From Truepera sp. (lineage in GTDB: Bacteria > Deinococcota > Deinococci > Deinococcales > Trueperaceae): DNA of 64,000 nucleotides. Of this stretch, positions 1 to 10,290 are shown one piece after another; the first letter of the stretch is position 1, and each line of letters begins with the position of its first letter. The notes below the pieces were generated by a model, which saw only the letters and a program-made list of their open reading frames with translations, did no database searches and was not told the DNA's origin. The stretch is from contig CBDCKW010000009.1 of assembly GCA_965218435.1 (NCBI GenBank), positions 192,001 through 256,000 on the forward strand, given 5' to 3'. Position numbers and translations under genes: made by a program.

Positions 1-851
1 ACCGGTAGTTGCCATTCACTGTCGTCAGGGGCACCTTCGGGCCGGGTAAACGTCCAGTCGCTGTTGCGAAAATTATGGAGGTGCTCGAGCTCGACCGTGG
101 CCCGTTGAAAGTCGAGCCTCAGGTAGCTCTCCTGGCGCGGCGAAACCACCGAGGTGACGACCGAGCCCAGCGCACCGTTTTCAAACTCGACCAGTGCCAG
201 CGATACGTCTTCAACCTCGATGTCGTGGTCGAGGGTACCGATCTTGGCCGTAACGTTGTGCCAAGGACCGTAAAGCCAGAGAAACAGGTCTATGGCGTGA
301 ATCCCGTGTCCCATCGTGCAGCCTCCCAGTTCGCTGGCCCAGGTTCCTCGCCACGGCACCGCGTAGTAGGCGTCGTCACGAAACCAGGTGGTTTGGCAGA
401 GACCCAGCAGGGCGCGCCCCAACGCACCGGCGTCAATGAGCTTTTTAAGGTGCTGTGCGCCCGAACCAAACCGCCACTGATACACGCTGCTACAGAAGTT
501 CCCGGTCCGCGCCTCGGCGTCGGCGATCAGGTCGAGCTGCTCGAGCGACGCGACCAGCGGCTTTTCGCACAACACCCAAGCTCCCCCTTCGAGGCAGGCC
601 ACAGTGAGCTCGGCGTGAAGCTGCGGCGGCGTACAGATGTGAACGAGGTCGGGCGTCTCCCGCGCCAACATCTCGTGCGTGTCGGTGTAAGTCTCTGGAA
701 TCCCGTACTTACCGGCAAAGGCTGCGGCAGCTTGCTGATTGACGTCGGCGGCTGCGACCAGCTCGACGCGTTCACGCTCGTGCAACAGGGCTTCAGCGTG
801 AACATGCGCAATACCGCCGGTGCCGACAATGGCGGCGCGGAGTTTCGTCAT
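1..851 (-). CDS. Gfo/Idh/MocA family oxidoreductase (3' end runs off the window)
   Basis: Not in the ORF track. Manual minus-strand translation from ATG at 851 gives MTKLRAAIVGTGGIAHVH... (Rossmann GxGxxA), CTPPQLH, VLCEKP and GGCTMGHGIHAID, all typical of the family. Confidence 0.9.
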   Translation of the reverse strand, partial: MTKLRAAIVGTGGIAHVHAEALLHERERVELVAAADVNQQAAAAFAGKYGIPETYTDTHEMLARETPDLVHICTPPQLHAELTVACLEGGAWVLCEKPLVASLEQLDLIADAEARTGNFCSSVYQWRFGSGAQHLKKLIDAGALGRALLGLCQTTWFRDDAYYAVPWRGTWASELGGCTMGHGIHAIDLFLWLYGPWHNVTAKIGTLDHDIEVEDVSLALVEFENGALGSVVTSVVSPRQESYLRLDFQRATVELEHLHNFRNSDWTFTRPEGAPDDSEWQLP

Positions 852-966
852 GAGCGACTTGCTTGCTGCGAACCAAAAAGTATCAACTTGAAGCTCCTGC
901 TTTCGTTCGGCGGCGTCCAACGACCTTCTGCGGTCGCCGTGCAGATTTTTTTAGGCGTTCCCTGCA

Positions 967-1746
967 CTAGCCGTTACCTTGAACGCTGCCGTCGAGCTCG
1001 AGCGTAGCCGGGTCGAAATAACGGTTAAGGGTGCCGCAAAACCCAGGTGTCTGGTAAGCCCCGGCAGAGATGGAAAAATGCTTTGCCCCGGAGAGATACC
1101 TGACGTCCCCTGCTCTTAGCGCGCCCAGATGAGCCAACGACAGCTCCGCTTCTGCCAACGCACCGTTCCTGACGATGTCGCCCCAACCCTCTTGCAGCTT
1201 TTTCGTTCGCTCGTTGGCCGTTCTATAAAAACCGTCAAGCGCCCGTCGCCCGGCCTCACGGCTCTGCGCAAACGCTGCTGCAAGCTCGAGAAACCCGGTG
1301 ACGCCGCGGTCACGACGACGGTAAGCATCCTCAAAAGAAGAAACCGTCATCGCCCGGGTGTACGCCTCGTCACTTTCCAAGATGGCGTGTTCAAAACAGA
1401 CGACGTTATCCCCTCGCTCGGGCAGCCCACTGTTTTGCATCGTGATTAACAGCTCGAGGTCGCCGCTCGGGTTGAGCAAGCGGTGAATCGTTCCGGGGCT
1501 AAAAATCAGCGCGGTGTGGGGCTCGAGTTCAACTTTGGCAAAGCCTTGCGCGTCAATCAGCTCCACTGCGCCGCTGCCTGAAAGCACGAAGTACATCTCG
1601 CTGCACACAAAGTGAACGTGGGGCGTCCCGCCGCGCTGCCCGTCGGGGGCCACGGTGTCGTAGACCTTTAAGCGTGTTACCAAGGTCCCGCCGGGCATTC
1701 GTAAGGATGCTGTAGACGGTGTGGGTACGAATGTATTTGTCAGCAT
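967..1746 (-). CDS. Cupin domain protein
   Basis: Cupin motifs GTPHVH...EMYFVLSGSG and PGTIHRL. Confidence 0.8.
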   Translation of the reverse strand: MLTNTFVPTPSTASLRMPGGTLVTRLKVYDTVAPDGQRGGTPHVHFVCSEMYFVLSGSGAVELIDAQGFAKVELEPHTALIFSPGTIHRLLNPSGDLELLITMQNSGLPERGDNVVCFEHAILESDEAYTRAMTVSSFEDAYRRRDRGVTGFLELAAAFAQSREAGRRALDGFYRTANERTKKLQEGWGDIVRNGALAEAELSLAHLGALRAGDVRYLSGAKHFSISAGAYQTPGFCGTLNRYFDPATLELDGSVQGNG

Positions 1747-1855
1747 GACCTGCTGAGCTTTCTGCCCTGAAGCGGTGACGAACGCCTCTTATCAGGCGTA
1801 ATGGTCAAAGTCTCGACCGAGTTTAGACCAAGTTTAGGTCAGTATCGGCGTGAAG

Positions 1856-1877
1856 CTCGAGGGGTAGCCCCCTCGAG
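1856..1877 (-). terminator. Stem-loop after the solute-binding protein gene
   Basis: CTCGAGGGG-TAGC-CCCCTCGAG perfect inverted repeat just past the stop; no clear U-tract. Confidence 0.5.
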
Positions 1878-1888
1878 TCAGGCTGATG

Positions 1889-3385
1889 TTACTGAATGAT
1901 GCCGGATTCCGCAGCCGCCTGGTTCGCTTCGGCGGTGTACTGCTCGAGGCCGATGCCGTTTAACGTTGCCACGTAGTCGTCCCATTCGTCGAACGATTTT
2001 TGACCGAGCATAAACTGCAGTTCGGTCGCAGCGATGGTGCGCTGCAAATCAGCAGCGATCACCGGCGAGGCGGGCGGAACGGCAGCAAAATCGGTCACGT
2101 CGGTTTTAGGATAGTCGTACGAGCGTTTGAGCAAGGTGCCTGTATCAATCGTCTCACCGTTGCTGTGCTCGGTCACGAGGGCGTAACGGCTCTGCAACTC
2201 TTCGTCGTTCCCCTTGTACGACCAGCCGACCAGCTGCCGCTGAATAATACACGCGTTTTCATTGTTCTGGATGATTTTACCCGTTTCGTCGCGGTGCCAG
2301 CATTCGCCTTTCGGCCCGTACGAGGTCGGGTAGTAGCCGTCCGTGGCCATCCACTCGAAAAGTTTGGCAATGGCCTCGCCTTTGCCCGCGTCAATGGCCT
2401 TTTGCGACACGGCAAAGATGTTGCCGTGTCGCGCGTACGTCGCGCCCGCGCTCGCCCCGTCCGGGCCGACGGGCGGGTTGATCACGGCAAGTCTTCCGGT
2501 CGGATTGATTTCGGCGAAGTAGGGATAGTTACCTACGCAGTAGGTGGCGCACCAGTCGTCAACAAATAAGCCGATGCGACCGGCTTTCCACTTGTTGTTG
2601 AAATCGGTGAACTTTTGCGCTTGCCAGTCGGGGTCCATCACGCCGGCAGCGACGACTTGGCTGATAAACTCGAGGGCTTGCCGCCGCTCCGGGCTCGTGG
2701 CGACCGGCGTCAGCTGTCCGTCTCGAACCTGCCACGCCCCGAGTGCGTCAAACGCCCCGAATAGGGGGTCGAGCCCTCCGTAGGTGCCGTTGTCGTTGAC
2801 GAAAGCCGACCAGCTGTAGGTGTCGTTGCGACCGTTTCCGTCGGGGTCTTGAGTGGTAAACGCCTTCATCACCTCGAGGTATTCGCCCGTTGTCTGGGGT
2901 GTCTCGAGGCCGAGTTTGTCAAGCCAGTCCTGACGAACCGACACAAACGGTTTGTAGGGAAAAGCCGTCTGGGTAACGAGGCCGTACTGGGTACCGCCGA
3001 ACGTACCGATGGGCGCTAGCGCGGTGACATCATGGTCTTTGACGTAGTCGGGCATGTCTCCGAGTAGCGGCCCCCAATCGCCCAAGAGACCCTGCGGTGC
3101 TAACTGCGCGACGTCTTGTGGCGTGACAAAAAACAGGTCGGGCAAGTCGTTGGCTCCGGCGCGGGTCGTCAGCACGGTCCCATAACTGCCGCCTAACACC
3201 CACGAGATGTTGACGTCGATATCTAGGTCTTCTTGTACTTTTTTGGTCCAGTACCATTCAGGCGGCGGCTGCCCGACCTCAGCGGAGTTGACCCCCGACA
3301 TAAGCTCAATCTCGGTTTGAGCTGCGGCGTAAAACCCGAACGTCAACCCTATAAAGCTAGCCAGTATTCCAACAGACTTCTTCAC
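1889..3385 (-). CDS. Carbohydrate ABC transporter solute-binding protein (LplA-like)
   Basis: Signal peptide, DLPDLF and VRQDWLDKLGLETP..DPDGNGRNDT motifs; AAGGAG SD; follows two permeases. Confidence 0.9.
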   Translation of the reverse strand: MKKSVGILASFIGLTFGFYAAAQTEIELMSGVNSAEVGQPPPEWYWTKKVQEDLDIDVNISWVLGGSYGTVLTTRAGANDLPDLFFVTPQDVAQLAPQGLLGDWGPLLGDMPDYVKDHDVTALAPIGTFGGTQYGLVTQTAFPYKPFVSVRQDWLDKLGLETPQTTGEYLEVMKAFTTQDPDGNGRNDTYSWSAFVNDNGTYGGLDPLFGAFDALGAWQVRDGQLTPVATSPERRQALEFISQVVAAGVMDPDWQAQKFTDFNNKWKAGRIGLFVDDWCATYCVGNYPYFAEINPTGRLAVINPPVGPDGASAGATYARHGNIFAVSQKAIDAGKGEAIAKLFEWMATDGYYPTSYGPKGECWHRDETGKIIQNNENACIIQRQLVGWSYKGNDEELQSRYALVTEHSNGETIDTGTLLKRSYDYPKTDVTDFAAVPPASPVIAADLQRTIAATELQFMLGQKSFDEWDDYVATLNGIGLEQYTAEANQAAAESGIIQ

Positions 3386-3503
3386 GTGTTTCTCCTTTTT
3401 GAGAGCGTAAGTAGCTCGAGTTTAGTAGCGTTTCAAGACCAAAGTTAAGGTGTGACCTGTTAGGGCGTCGCTATCACCTCCTCTCGGCGCGACTACGCAG
3501 CGG

Positions 3504-4382
3504 TTACTCTTTGACCGAACCCAACAAGACCCCGGAGGTAAAATGCCGTTGCAAAAAGGGATAGACGATCAAGATGGGGATCGTGGTGAGAACCACCGCG
3601 GCCATTCTCAGCGACTCGGGCGGCGCAATGCGGTCAGCGTCTACAGGGACGTAGTTGTTGATGCTGCCCGCCGTTAAGATTTGCCGCAGCACAACCTGGA
3701 GGGGCTGCTTATCAGCCTGGGTAATAAATAAGATCGCGTCAAAAAAGCTGTTCCAGTGACCGACCGCATAAAAAAGCCCGATAGTTGCCAAAATAGGCTT
3801 GGAAAGCGGTAAGACAATCCGCCAAAACACCTGCAAATCTGAAGCGCCGTCAATCCTGGCCGCGTCTTCAATCTCACCGGGAATGTTTTGAAAAAACGAT
3901 TTCATGACGAGCAGGTTAAACACGCTGATCAGGTTGGGGAGCATAAGCGCCCAATAGGTATTCATCAGCCCAAGGTCTTTGACAACCAGGTACCTAGGTA
4001 CAAGCCCGCCGCTAAACAGGGCTGTAAACAAGACGAAGAGTAGGAGCGGTGAGCGCAAACGAAAGCGTTTTTTGGCCAGCGGGTAGGCCATAAGCGTGGT
4101 CGCCACAAGATTAAGAAAGGTGCCGAAAGTGGTGATGTAAACGCTGACTAGAAAAGCCCTCGGCAACTGCCAAGAGCTGAGGAGCTGCTGATAGGACTCC
4201 AAAGTCATCTTGGCCGGTGAGATAAAAAGGCTGCCACCCGTACGCGACCAGACGTCGAACGGGGTAAGTGAGATCATGACCAGATACCAAAGTGGGATGA
4301 TCACTGCGAGGCTAATTAAGATCAGCGTGATCCAGACGCCCACATCCCATAACTTCTCGCCTAAACCTACGCTTTCTAGCAT
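3504..4382 (-). CDS. Carbohydrate ABC transporter permease (LplC/MalG type)
   Basis: EAA loop EDAARIDGAS; C-terminal YPFLQRHFTSGVLLGSVKE. Confidence 0.92.
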   Translation of the reverse strand: MLESVGLGEKLWDVGVWITLILISLAVIIPLWYLVMISLTPFDVWSRTGGSLFISPAKMTLESYQQLLSSWQLPRAFLVSVYITTFGTFLNLVATTLMAYPLAKKRFRLRSPLLLFVLFTALFSGGLVPRYLVVKDLGLMNTYWALMLPNLISVFNLLVMKSFFQNIPGEIEDAARIDGASDLQVFWRIVLPLSKPILATIGLFYAVGHWNSFFDAILFITQADKQPLQVVLRQILTAGSINNYVPVDADRIAPPESLRMAAVVLTTIPILIVYPFLQRHFTSGVLLGSVKE

Positions 4383-4428
4383 GCGGTTTCTCCTTTAAGT
4401 GTAAACGTCCTCGTCGTTGCGGGCGTCG

Positions 4429-5379
4429 TCACCAGATTCCCGTGCCGGTATAACGTTTGGAGGCCCAGTTCGCCGCCACGATCAGAAAAAAGCCGATGAC
4501 CCCCTTGAACAGGCCGACCGCTGCCGCCAGCGAGAACTGAAAACCTTGCACACCCGTCCGGTAAACCCAGGTGTCGATGATGTCCCCAACGCCGTAGACT
4601 GAGGGGCTGTAGAGGATAAACACCTGCTCGAAGCCTGCGCTCAGGAGGTTGCCTATGTTGAGCATGGTGACGGGAAGAATGCCGGGTAGACTGATGTGCC
4701 GAATACGCTGAAACCGGGTTGCGCCGTCTACTGCCGCAGCTTCATAAAGGCTCGGTGAAATACCCGTAAGTGCGGCTAGATAGATGATCGCGCCCCAACC
4801 CGCACTCTTCCAGATTTCAGACGTCACCAGCACCGTACGAAACCAGGTAGGTTCAACCAAAAAGTTAATGGGGTTACTTCCGAGGTCAACCAGCGCCTTG
4901 TTGAGTAACCCCGTAGAAGGCGATAAAACCGTCTGCAAAACGTCGTAGATTACAATCCATGACAAAAAGTGGGGTAAGTAAATAATGGTTTGCACAGCAT
5001 TTTTGAACAGCCGCACGCGGACTTCGTTGATAAGGATCGCCATACCGACGGCAGGCAACAGGCCAAAAACGAGTTTGTAAACACTGATAAGCACCGTGTT
5101 GATCAGTACGTTGGTAAAGTACGTGCTTTGAAAAATAGTTTGAAAGTTTTGAAAGCCGACCCAAGGACTACCGCTAAACCCTTTGAGTACCTAATAATTT
5201 TTGAAGGCAATAATAGCGCCGTACATCGGATAGTACTGAAAAACGAGAAAATAGACGGTGCCGGGTAAAACCATGAGGTAGAGGATGTAATGGCGGCGCA
5301 GCTCTTGCACAAGCCGTTTCAGCGGTGCGCGAATTCCTTTTCGACTTGAACGCTGCCCTTGCTGTACCCTGGTTGCCAC
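4429..5379 (-). pseudogene. Carbohydrate ABC permease (LplB/MalF type) with an in-frame TAG
   Basis: ORFs 5191..5379 and 4429..5094 share one frame. Reading through TAG (5191-5193) gives AFKNY*VLKGFSGSPWVGFQNF, the conserved N-terminal motif; EAA loop EAAAVDGA is downstream. Confidence 0.85.
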
Positions 5380-5451
5380 TTGTCACCTCTTTTTTAGTTC
5401 GGCACAATCGTAGCAGAAATCATATATGAAGTAAAGGGTTTACATATTATT

Positions 5452-6786
5452 GGGTGCGTCTCAAAACGGGAGGTTGATAGAGTAGCGAATGACTAAAGCT
5501 AAGGAAGCTCTGAAAGCGGAGTTATTGGAGTTGTATAGCGGAGCTTTGGCCGAGATGCTAGCGGCGTGTCCGAAGCGAGTAGGCTTTGGAGAGCTTGAAG
5601 AGCAGGTGAAGAAGCCGGCCACGCGAATCCTTCCCAAGACCTTGAGTAGCCTAGCTGAAAAGCGAGGCATTTTCTCCCCTGAAGTGCGCTTACTGCCAAG
5701 AGAAATTGCGAAAGAACGGTAGACGGTCCACCACTATCCTGACAATCTGGGGCAAATGCCGTTTAAGCTTGCAACGGGGCTACTGCCGCAACTGCACCAA
5801 ACACGTTCAGCCCTTACCTGTAGGTCTCGATACGAGCGGTCTGAGCCCCGGAGCACTGAAGCGGGTGCTAGACCAGAACACGCGGCTGCCTTTTCGAGAA
5901 GCGCGCGAAGCCCTGGAGGTTCAAGGGCTTTGCTTGAGTCTAAGTCACTGTGAACGCTTGACCCAAGGCTACAGCAGAGTTTTAGAGGCGGAGTGTGTCA
6001 CTTGGCTTAGCCGTTTAGCCCACCAACCGCTGGCGAGTACAAGGGGAACGCAACGGTTGATGGTGGTTCAAGCGGACGGGGTTTTCGTCATGGAACGAGA
6101 CAAACCTGTGTTTGGACAGTGTGAAGGCCGGGAGGTCAAGCAGGTGTTGTTCTATCCCGGCAATACTCCCAGTGAACGCGACAGTTACGCCAGCGCAGCC
6201 CCTGTAGACCACTTTATCCCCCTAGCCCAAGGACTGATGCGTCACACGGGCGTAAGACAGCAAGATGTTCTTGTCGGAGTGGGTGACGGTGCTCTCTGGG
6301 TACAAGGGCTGTTCGACACTTTAGGGGTCAAGCAGCGCATTTTGGACGTTTATCATGCCACGTTCTATCTGGATAAGGTGCTGCTGGCTATGGCTTGGCC
6401 TGAAGCAAAACGGGAGACCGAGCGAAGACTTTGGCTACGTGGTGAGGTAGACGCTCGCAACTGGTTCTCAGCACACCTGCCGCCACCCCAGGTGTGCTCG
6501 CAGTGGTCGGCAGAGGCTAAAGGCGCACTGCGCTATCTTCAACAGCGCCTAGCTACGATGGACTACAAGGTTTACCGGACAAGAGGCTGGCCCAATCGGT
6601 AGTGGGCAAATTGAAGGTGCCAACAAATTTGTTATCGCTGCTCGTATGAAGCGTGGTGGTATGCGCTAGTCACGTAAAGGTATCTCCCGTATGGCTGCGC
6701 TAAGAAGTGTCCAATTCTCCAAACGTCCTTTAGTCGCTTTTCATGAAACCCGCTTAGCGGCTTTCCGCCAAATTTGAGACGCACCC
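5452..6786 (+). mobile_element. Insertion sequence, ISKra4-like (IS256/Mutator-related DDE), inactivated
   Basis: 14-bp perfect TIR GGGTGCGTCTCAAA (5452-5465)/TTTGAGACGCACCC (6773-6786); 9-bp target duplication CATATTATT (5443-5451, 6787-6795); transposase motifs GDGALW, LDVYHA, GSGQIEG. Confidence 0.93.
5489..6760 (+). pseudogene. Transposase: orfA 5489-5722 plus orfB, with broken C-terminus
   Basis: orfA and orfB overlap in -1 at TTTTCTCCCC (~5670-5679), and orfB carries CxxC motifs. An apparent extra base near 6593 puts (P)IGSGQIEGANK out of frame, and TAG at 6667-6669 sits where W is expected in GMRWS. End coordinate approximate. Confidence 0.85.
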
Positions 6787-7081
6787 CATATTATTAGGTG
6801 GTGCAAAGCCAGTACTGGGTTCTGTGACTCTTCAGTTCACCTGTCACGATGTTTGCCGTTTAACACGAGTCGGTATTCAATCAGCAGCCGGAAATTTTGA
6901 ACGGTTCTTTATAACGTTTGTCACAAGCTTATCCACGTTTTTCAAAAACACATATCCACATAGCCCAAGTCAGACTCGGTCAGTTACATCAGCTTTTCGG
7001 CGGCCTCGAGAAAGTGTTAGGCGAGGTGTGAGCGCGTTAGATAGAGCGTGTTGGGAATATGGGTTGGGCTACGGCAAAAAG

Positions 7082-8641
7082 CTACCGCACCGCTGCCCCG
7101 TCTACCGTAACAAACGTATCAGTGGCAGCGGCATTTTTCGTGCCGGTCAGCCGGAGCGTCAAAACGTGCTCGCCGGAGCGGAGTTCGGGGCTCGTATACA
7201 CAGCTTGTTTGCCCCGGCGGATCGGCGCGTAGTAGTCCACCGGCGTGGCCCGCTTCCCGTCTATAGCCACCGCCGCAATCCCGTGACCGGGGTCTTTCGC
7301 GCCGTAAAGCGTCACCCGCGAACCGTAAAAGCGGAAGCTGACTTCGGCTCCGGCGACGTTGGTAAAGTGGTCATCACCCGCAAAACAGTCGTCGGCACAT
7401 TCTGCGCCGTAGCTCCACAGGTCGCTGTACGCGAACTGCCCTCCTGCACGCCCGGTGGTGGCGTTGTTGACGAAAGTGTCCGGCACTTCGCCGGTCGCGT
7501 AAAAAGTTTTGCACGGCCCCCCGCTGTAATCGCTGGCTAGCTCGAGCACCCGCTTACCCCCACCCAAAGGCAAGAGGGGTGAAGAATAGTTGGGGCAGTA
7601 GTTGTTAAACGCTTCCGGAACTTTCACAGGCGCGGGTATCTCAAACCAGGTGCCCTCACCGTTCGCCAGATTGACCATCAGCGTGGTACCGTTGCCTTTG
7701 GCGAGGCTGCCGTCTTCATTATTTAACAGCTGGCCGGCCAGCAACAGTTTTCCGTCAGGCGTGACCGTAAAGGTCGGCGCGTGGGTAAAGTACGCGCCGG
7801 TATTACTCTGAATACGCTGCCCCAAGTCGGTTGGACTCCCCCAGTCGTCACCATTTTGCGAGCGCCGGTAAAAAACGGCGCAATCATACTGTCCGGGCAG
7901 GGCGCATATTTCGTAAGTCATAAAGTAAGAACCGTCGTTTAGAGGTCGCACCACGGGCATACCAGGTCGGTAGCTGGGATTACTCGCCGCGACCGTGTAC
8001 TTTTTTTCTCCCCAGGTTTTGCCGCCGTCTTCGCTGACGACTCTAGCCAGCAGCTGATTGTAGCGGGGTTGTTCGGTCTCGTCGGCGAAATGGCAGACCA
8101 AGCGCCCTTTTTTATCAACGGAGAATTCGGGTTCCCAGAGGCCGCCGCTGTTGGGCGCTACGGCGCAGCTCGAGAGGTAACGCCAACTGCGGCCCACGTC
8201 GGTACTCCGCCAGATACGCAGCGCCATCCGCCGCGCCGACCCCGAGTCTTGCCCGACTGACGCTGCCCACAACAGTGTCCCAGCCGGGGTAGCGCCGACT
8301 TGTTGCGGCACCTCGTAGAGCGTCGCGCAGCACAAGCCTCTGCCCCCTGCTGCGTCCGGGTCGGCGACCATCCCGACTTGCGCAAAGCTTTTGCCGCCGT
8401 CGGTGCTCTCATAAATTGCGCCTAAACCGTCGCCAGCTTCAAACGTGACAACGCTGGCGAGAATCCGGCCGTTCGCCTCTCCTGCTGTTTTACCTGCTAT
8501 TTTACTGTGTGCCAGCTGCACCGCCCTGGGATAGAGCCCTACGCCGTCACGCAGCAACGTCTCGGTCGGCGAACCCTGAGCGCCGCCTACAGCAAGGCTC
8601 ACGCCAAGCAGCGTGCCGATAAAGATAGCTCCGAACTTCAT
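7082..8641 (-). CDS. Secreted sialidase-fold (BNR/Asp-box) glycosidase, GH93-like, with C-terminal beta-sandwich module
   Basis: Signal peptide; Asp-boxes STDGGKSF, STDVGRSW, SEDGGKTW; LWEPEF, RPGMP and NYSSPL motifs. Confidence 0.75.
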   Translation of the reverse strand: MKFGAIFIGTLLGVSLAVGGAQGSPTETLLRDGVGLYPRAVQLAHSKIAGKTAGEANGRILASVVTFEAGDGLGAIYESTDGGKSFAQVGMVADPDAAGGRGLCCATLYEVPQQVGATPAGTLLWAASVGQDSGSARRMALRIWRSTDVGRSWRYLSSCAVAPNSGGLWEPEFSVDKKGRLVCHFADETEQPRYNQLLARVVSEDGGKTWGEKKYTVAASNPSYRPGMPVVRPLNDGSYFMTYEICALPGQYDCAVFYRRSQNGDDWGSPTDLGQRIQSNTGAYFTHAPTFTVTPDGKLLLAGQLLNNEDGSLAKGNGTTLMVNLANGEGTWFEIPAPVKVPEAFNNYCPNYSSPLLPLGGGKRVLELASDYSGGPCKTFYATGEVPDTFVNNATTGRAGGQFAYSDLWSYGAECADDCFAGDDHFTNVAGAEVSFRFYGSRVTLYGAKDPGHGIAAVAIDGKRATPVDYYAPIRRGKQAVYTSPELRSGEHVLTLRLTGTKNAAATDTFVTVDGAAVR

Positions 8642-8735
8642 CCTTCACCTCTTTTCCGGATTTTTAGTCACACCCGGTTGGTTTATGTTAAGGAAATACC
8701 TTAGCAGGTTTGAGAGAGTGCGGTGCCGCTGAAGC

Positions 8736-10205
8736 TCAAGTTAGCGGCAACGCCGACCAGTCGTGCGTGGCGCTGCGGATAATTTTACGGTCGCCGTCGG
8801 TCCAGTGCTCACGGTAGTAACTGCAAACCTCGAAGGTATCGTGAATCTCAGCTAAGCGCGTTTTGAGGCTGTTGCGAAAGTGTGTCAGCGTCTCTCGGTA
8901 GTTAGAGTTTCCCGCCAAGTTCGTCAGCTGATACGGGTCGTTTCGGTGGTCAAACAAGAGTTCTTGGCCGTCTCGTTTATAGACCGCGTAGGTATAGCGT
9001 TTGTCACGGAGTGCGCGCCATTCGTGACCGTCTTGCCAAGCCGCCGTTGCGCCGCAGATCATCATCAGGGCGGCGTCCGGTTCCGGCCCCGGCTTCCCGA
9101 GTGCCAGATGCGCTAAATTCAGCCCTTCGGCGTCGGCTCGAGGCTCGAGCTCCAACAACCCGCACAGGGTCGGTTGCAGGTCAATCGTCCCGATACATGC
9201 GTCTGACACAAGTCCCGCCGGGATGTGTCCCGGCCAGCGCATGAGGAGCGGTACCCGGCAGGCTTCTTCGTAAAAGATATTTTTGGCGCGCCGCCCATGT
9301 GCGCCGAACATCTCGCCGTGGTCCGAGGTAAGGACAAAAAGCGTATTGTCGGCTAAGCCTTGGTGCTCGAGTGCCCCCAATAGCCGCCCCAAGTTCCAGT
9401 CAATGTTCGCCACCTGTGCATAATAGTTTTTGCGCCACCGGCTCAGCTCGCTGCGCTCTTCGTCACTGAGCTTGGCCCAGTTGTCGCTGTAAGGGTCGTT
9501 TTCGGGGCTGTAGTTGGGCGGATTGGGAAAATCGTGCGCGTCAAACTGTGAGCGAAAGGGCTCAGGGGTGTTCTCGTCGCTCCAGGGGTCGTGCGGCGGC
9601 CCCCACGACAGCACCACCGCAAAGGGCGCGTCGTTAGGTGGGTCGTCTTGGGCGCGGCGCTGCAAGTAGTCAATCGCAAGGTCGGTTTGCGCGTCGGCTT
9701 CGTAGACGCCCTCGCCGTAAAAAATCTTCTCAGGTGTGTCGGTGTGGTAGTACGCGCCGTAAGAGTCATGATGAAAATTGTAGGCGTACCACTCGCCGTC
9801 AAAACCGAGGCGGTCGGGTCCGGGCGGGACGAACGAGTTTTTAGGGTCGTCGTGGTGACCGAGCTCGTTCGCGTAAAGGTGCCACTTGCCGATATAGCAG
9901 GTGTCGCAACCGCCGTCAGTTAAGACGTGTCCGAGACAACGTTGATGGGGGTTGATGCGCAGTTCGTTGATGACCATCCCATTCGAGGTGGTGTAGAGCC
10001 CGGTCAAGAGTGCGGCGCGGTAGGCCGTGCAGACGGGCGCGGTGGCAACGGTCTGGGTGAAGTTCACGCCTTCAGCGGCCAGCGCGTCCATGTTCGGCGT
10101 CCGGGCACGTTCGTCTCCGGCAAACCCGCAAGACTGAACGCGCAGCTGGTCGGCAAAGACGTAGACGAGGTTAGGCTGTTTGCTGGCTTGTTTGCCTTGG
10201 GTCAT
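8736..10205 (-). CDS. Sulfatase (formylglycine-dependent family)
   Basis: PNLVYVFADQLR, CTAYRAALLTG, GKWHL, TSDHG; AAGGAG SD before ATG at 10205. Confidence 0.92.
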   Translation of the reverse strand: MTQGKQASKQPNLVYVFADQLRVQSCGFAGDERARTPNMDALAAEGVNFTQTVATAPVCTAYRAALLTGLYTTSNGMVINELRINPHQRCLGHVLTDGGCDTCYIGKWHLYANELGHHDDPKNSFVPPGPDRLGFDGEWYAYNFHHDSYGAYYHTDTPEKIFYGEGVYEADAQTDLAIDYLQRRAQDDPPNDAPFAVVLSWGPPHDPWSDENTPEPFRSQFDAHDFPNPPNYSPENDPYSDNWAKLSDEERSELSRWRKNYYAQVANIDWNLGRLLGALEHQGLADNTLFVLTSDHGEMFGAHGRRAKNIFYEEACRVPLLMRWPGHIPAGLVSDACIGTIDLQPTLCGLLELEPRADAEGLNLAHLALGKPGPEPDAALMMICGATAAWQDGHEWRALRDKRYTYAVYKRDGQELLFDHRNDPYQLTNLAGNSNYRETLTHFRNSLKTRLAEIHDTFEVCSYYREHWTDGDRKIIRSATHDWSALPLT

Positions 10206-10290
10206 CGTTTCTCCTTGATAAATGCCAGGCGTAGCTGCTGCCAAGTTAACCTGTTAGTCTAGCGGTTACAAGCAAGCTCGGCCTCAACGT

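Noticed and set aside
9..1007. 332-aa plus-strand ORF
   Set aside because: Antisense shadow of the Gfo/Idh/MocA gene on the minus strand; no motifs.
2000..2569. 189-aa plus-strand ORF
   Set aside because: Shadow of the solute-binding protein gene.
5191..5193. Amber codon as pyrrolysine or programmed readthrough
   Set aside because: No pyl genes or suppressor tRNA in the window, and neighbouring decay favours a nonsense mutation.
6824..7540. 238-aa plus-strand ORF
   Set aside because: Mostly antisense to the glycosidase; no recognisable features.
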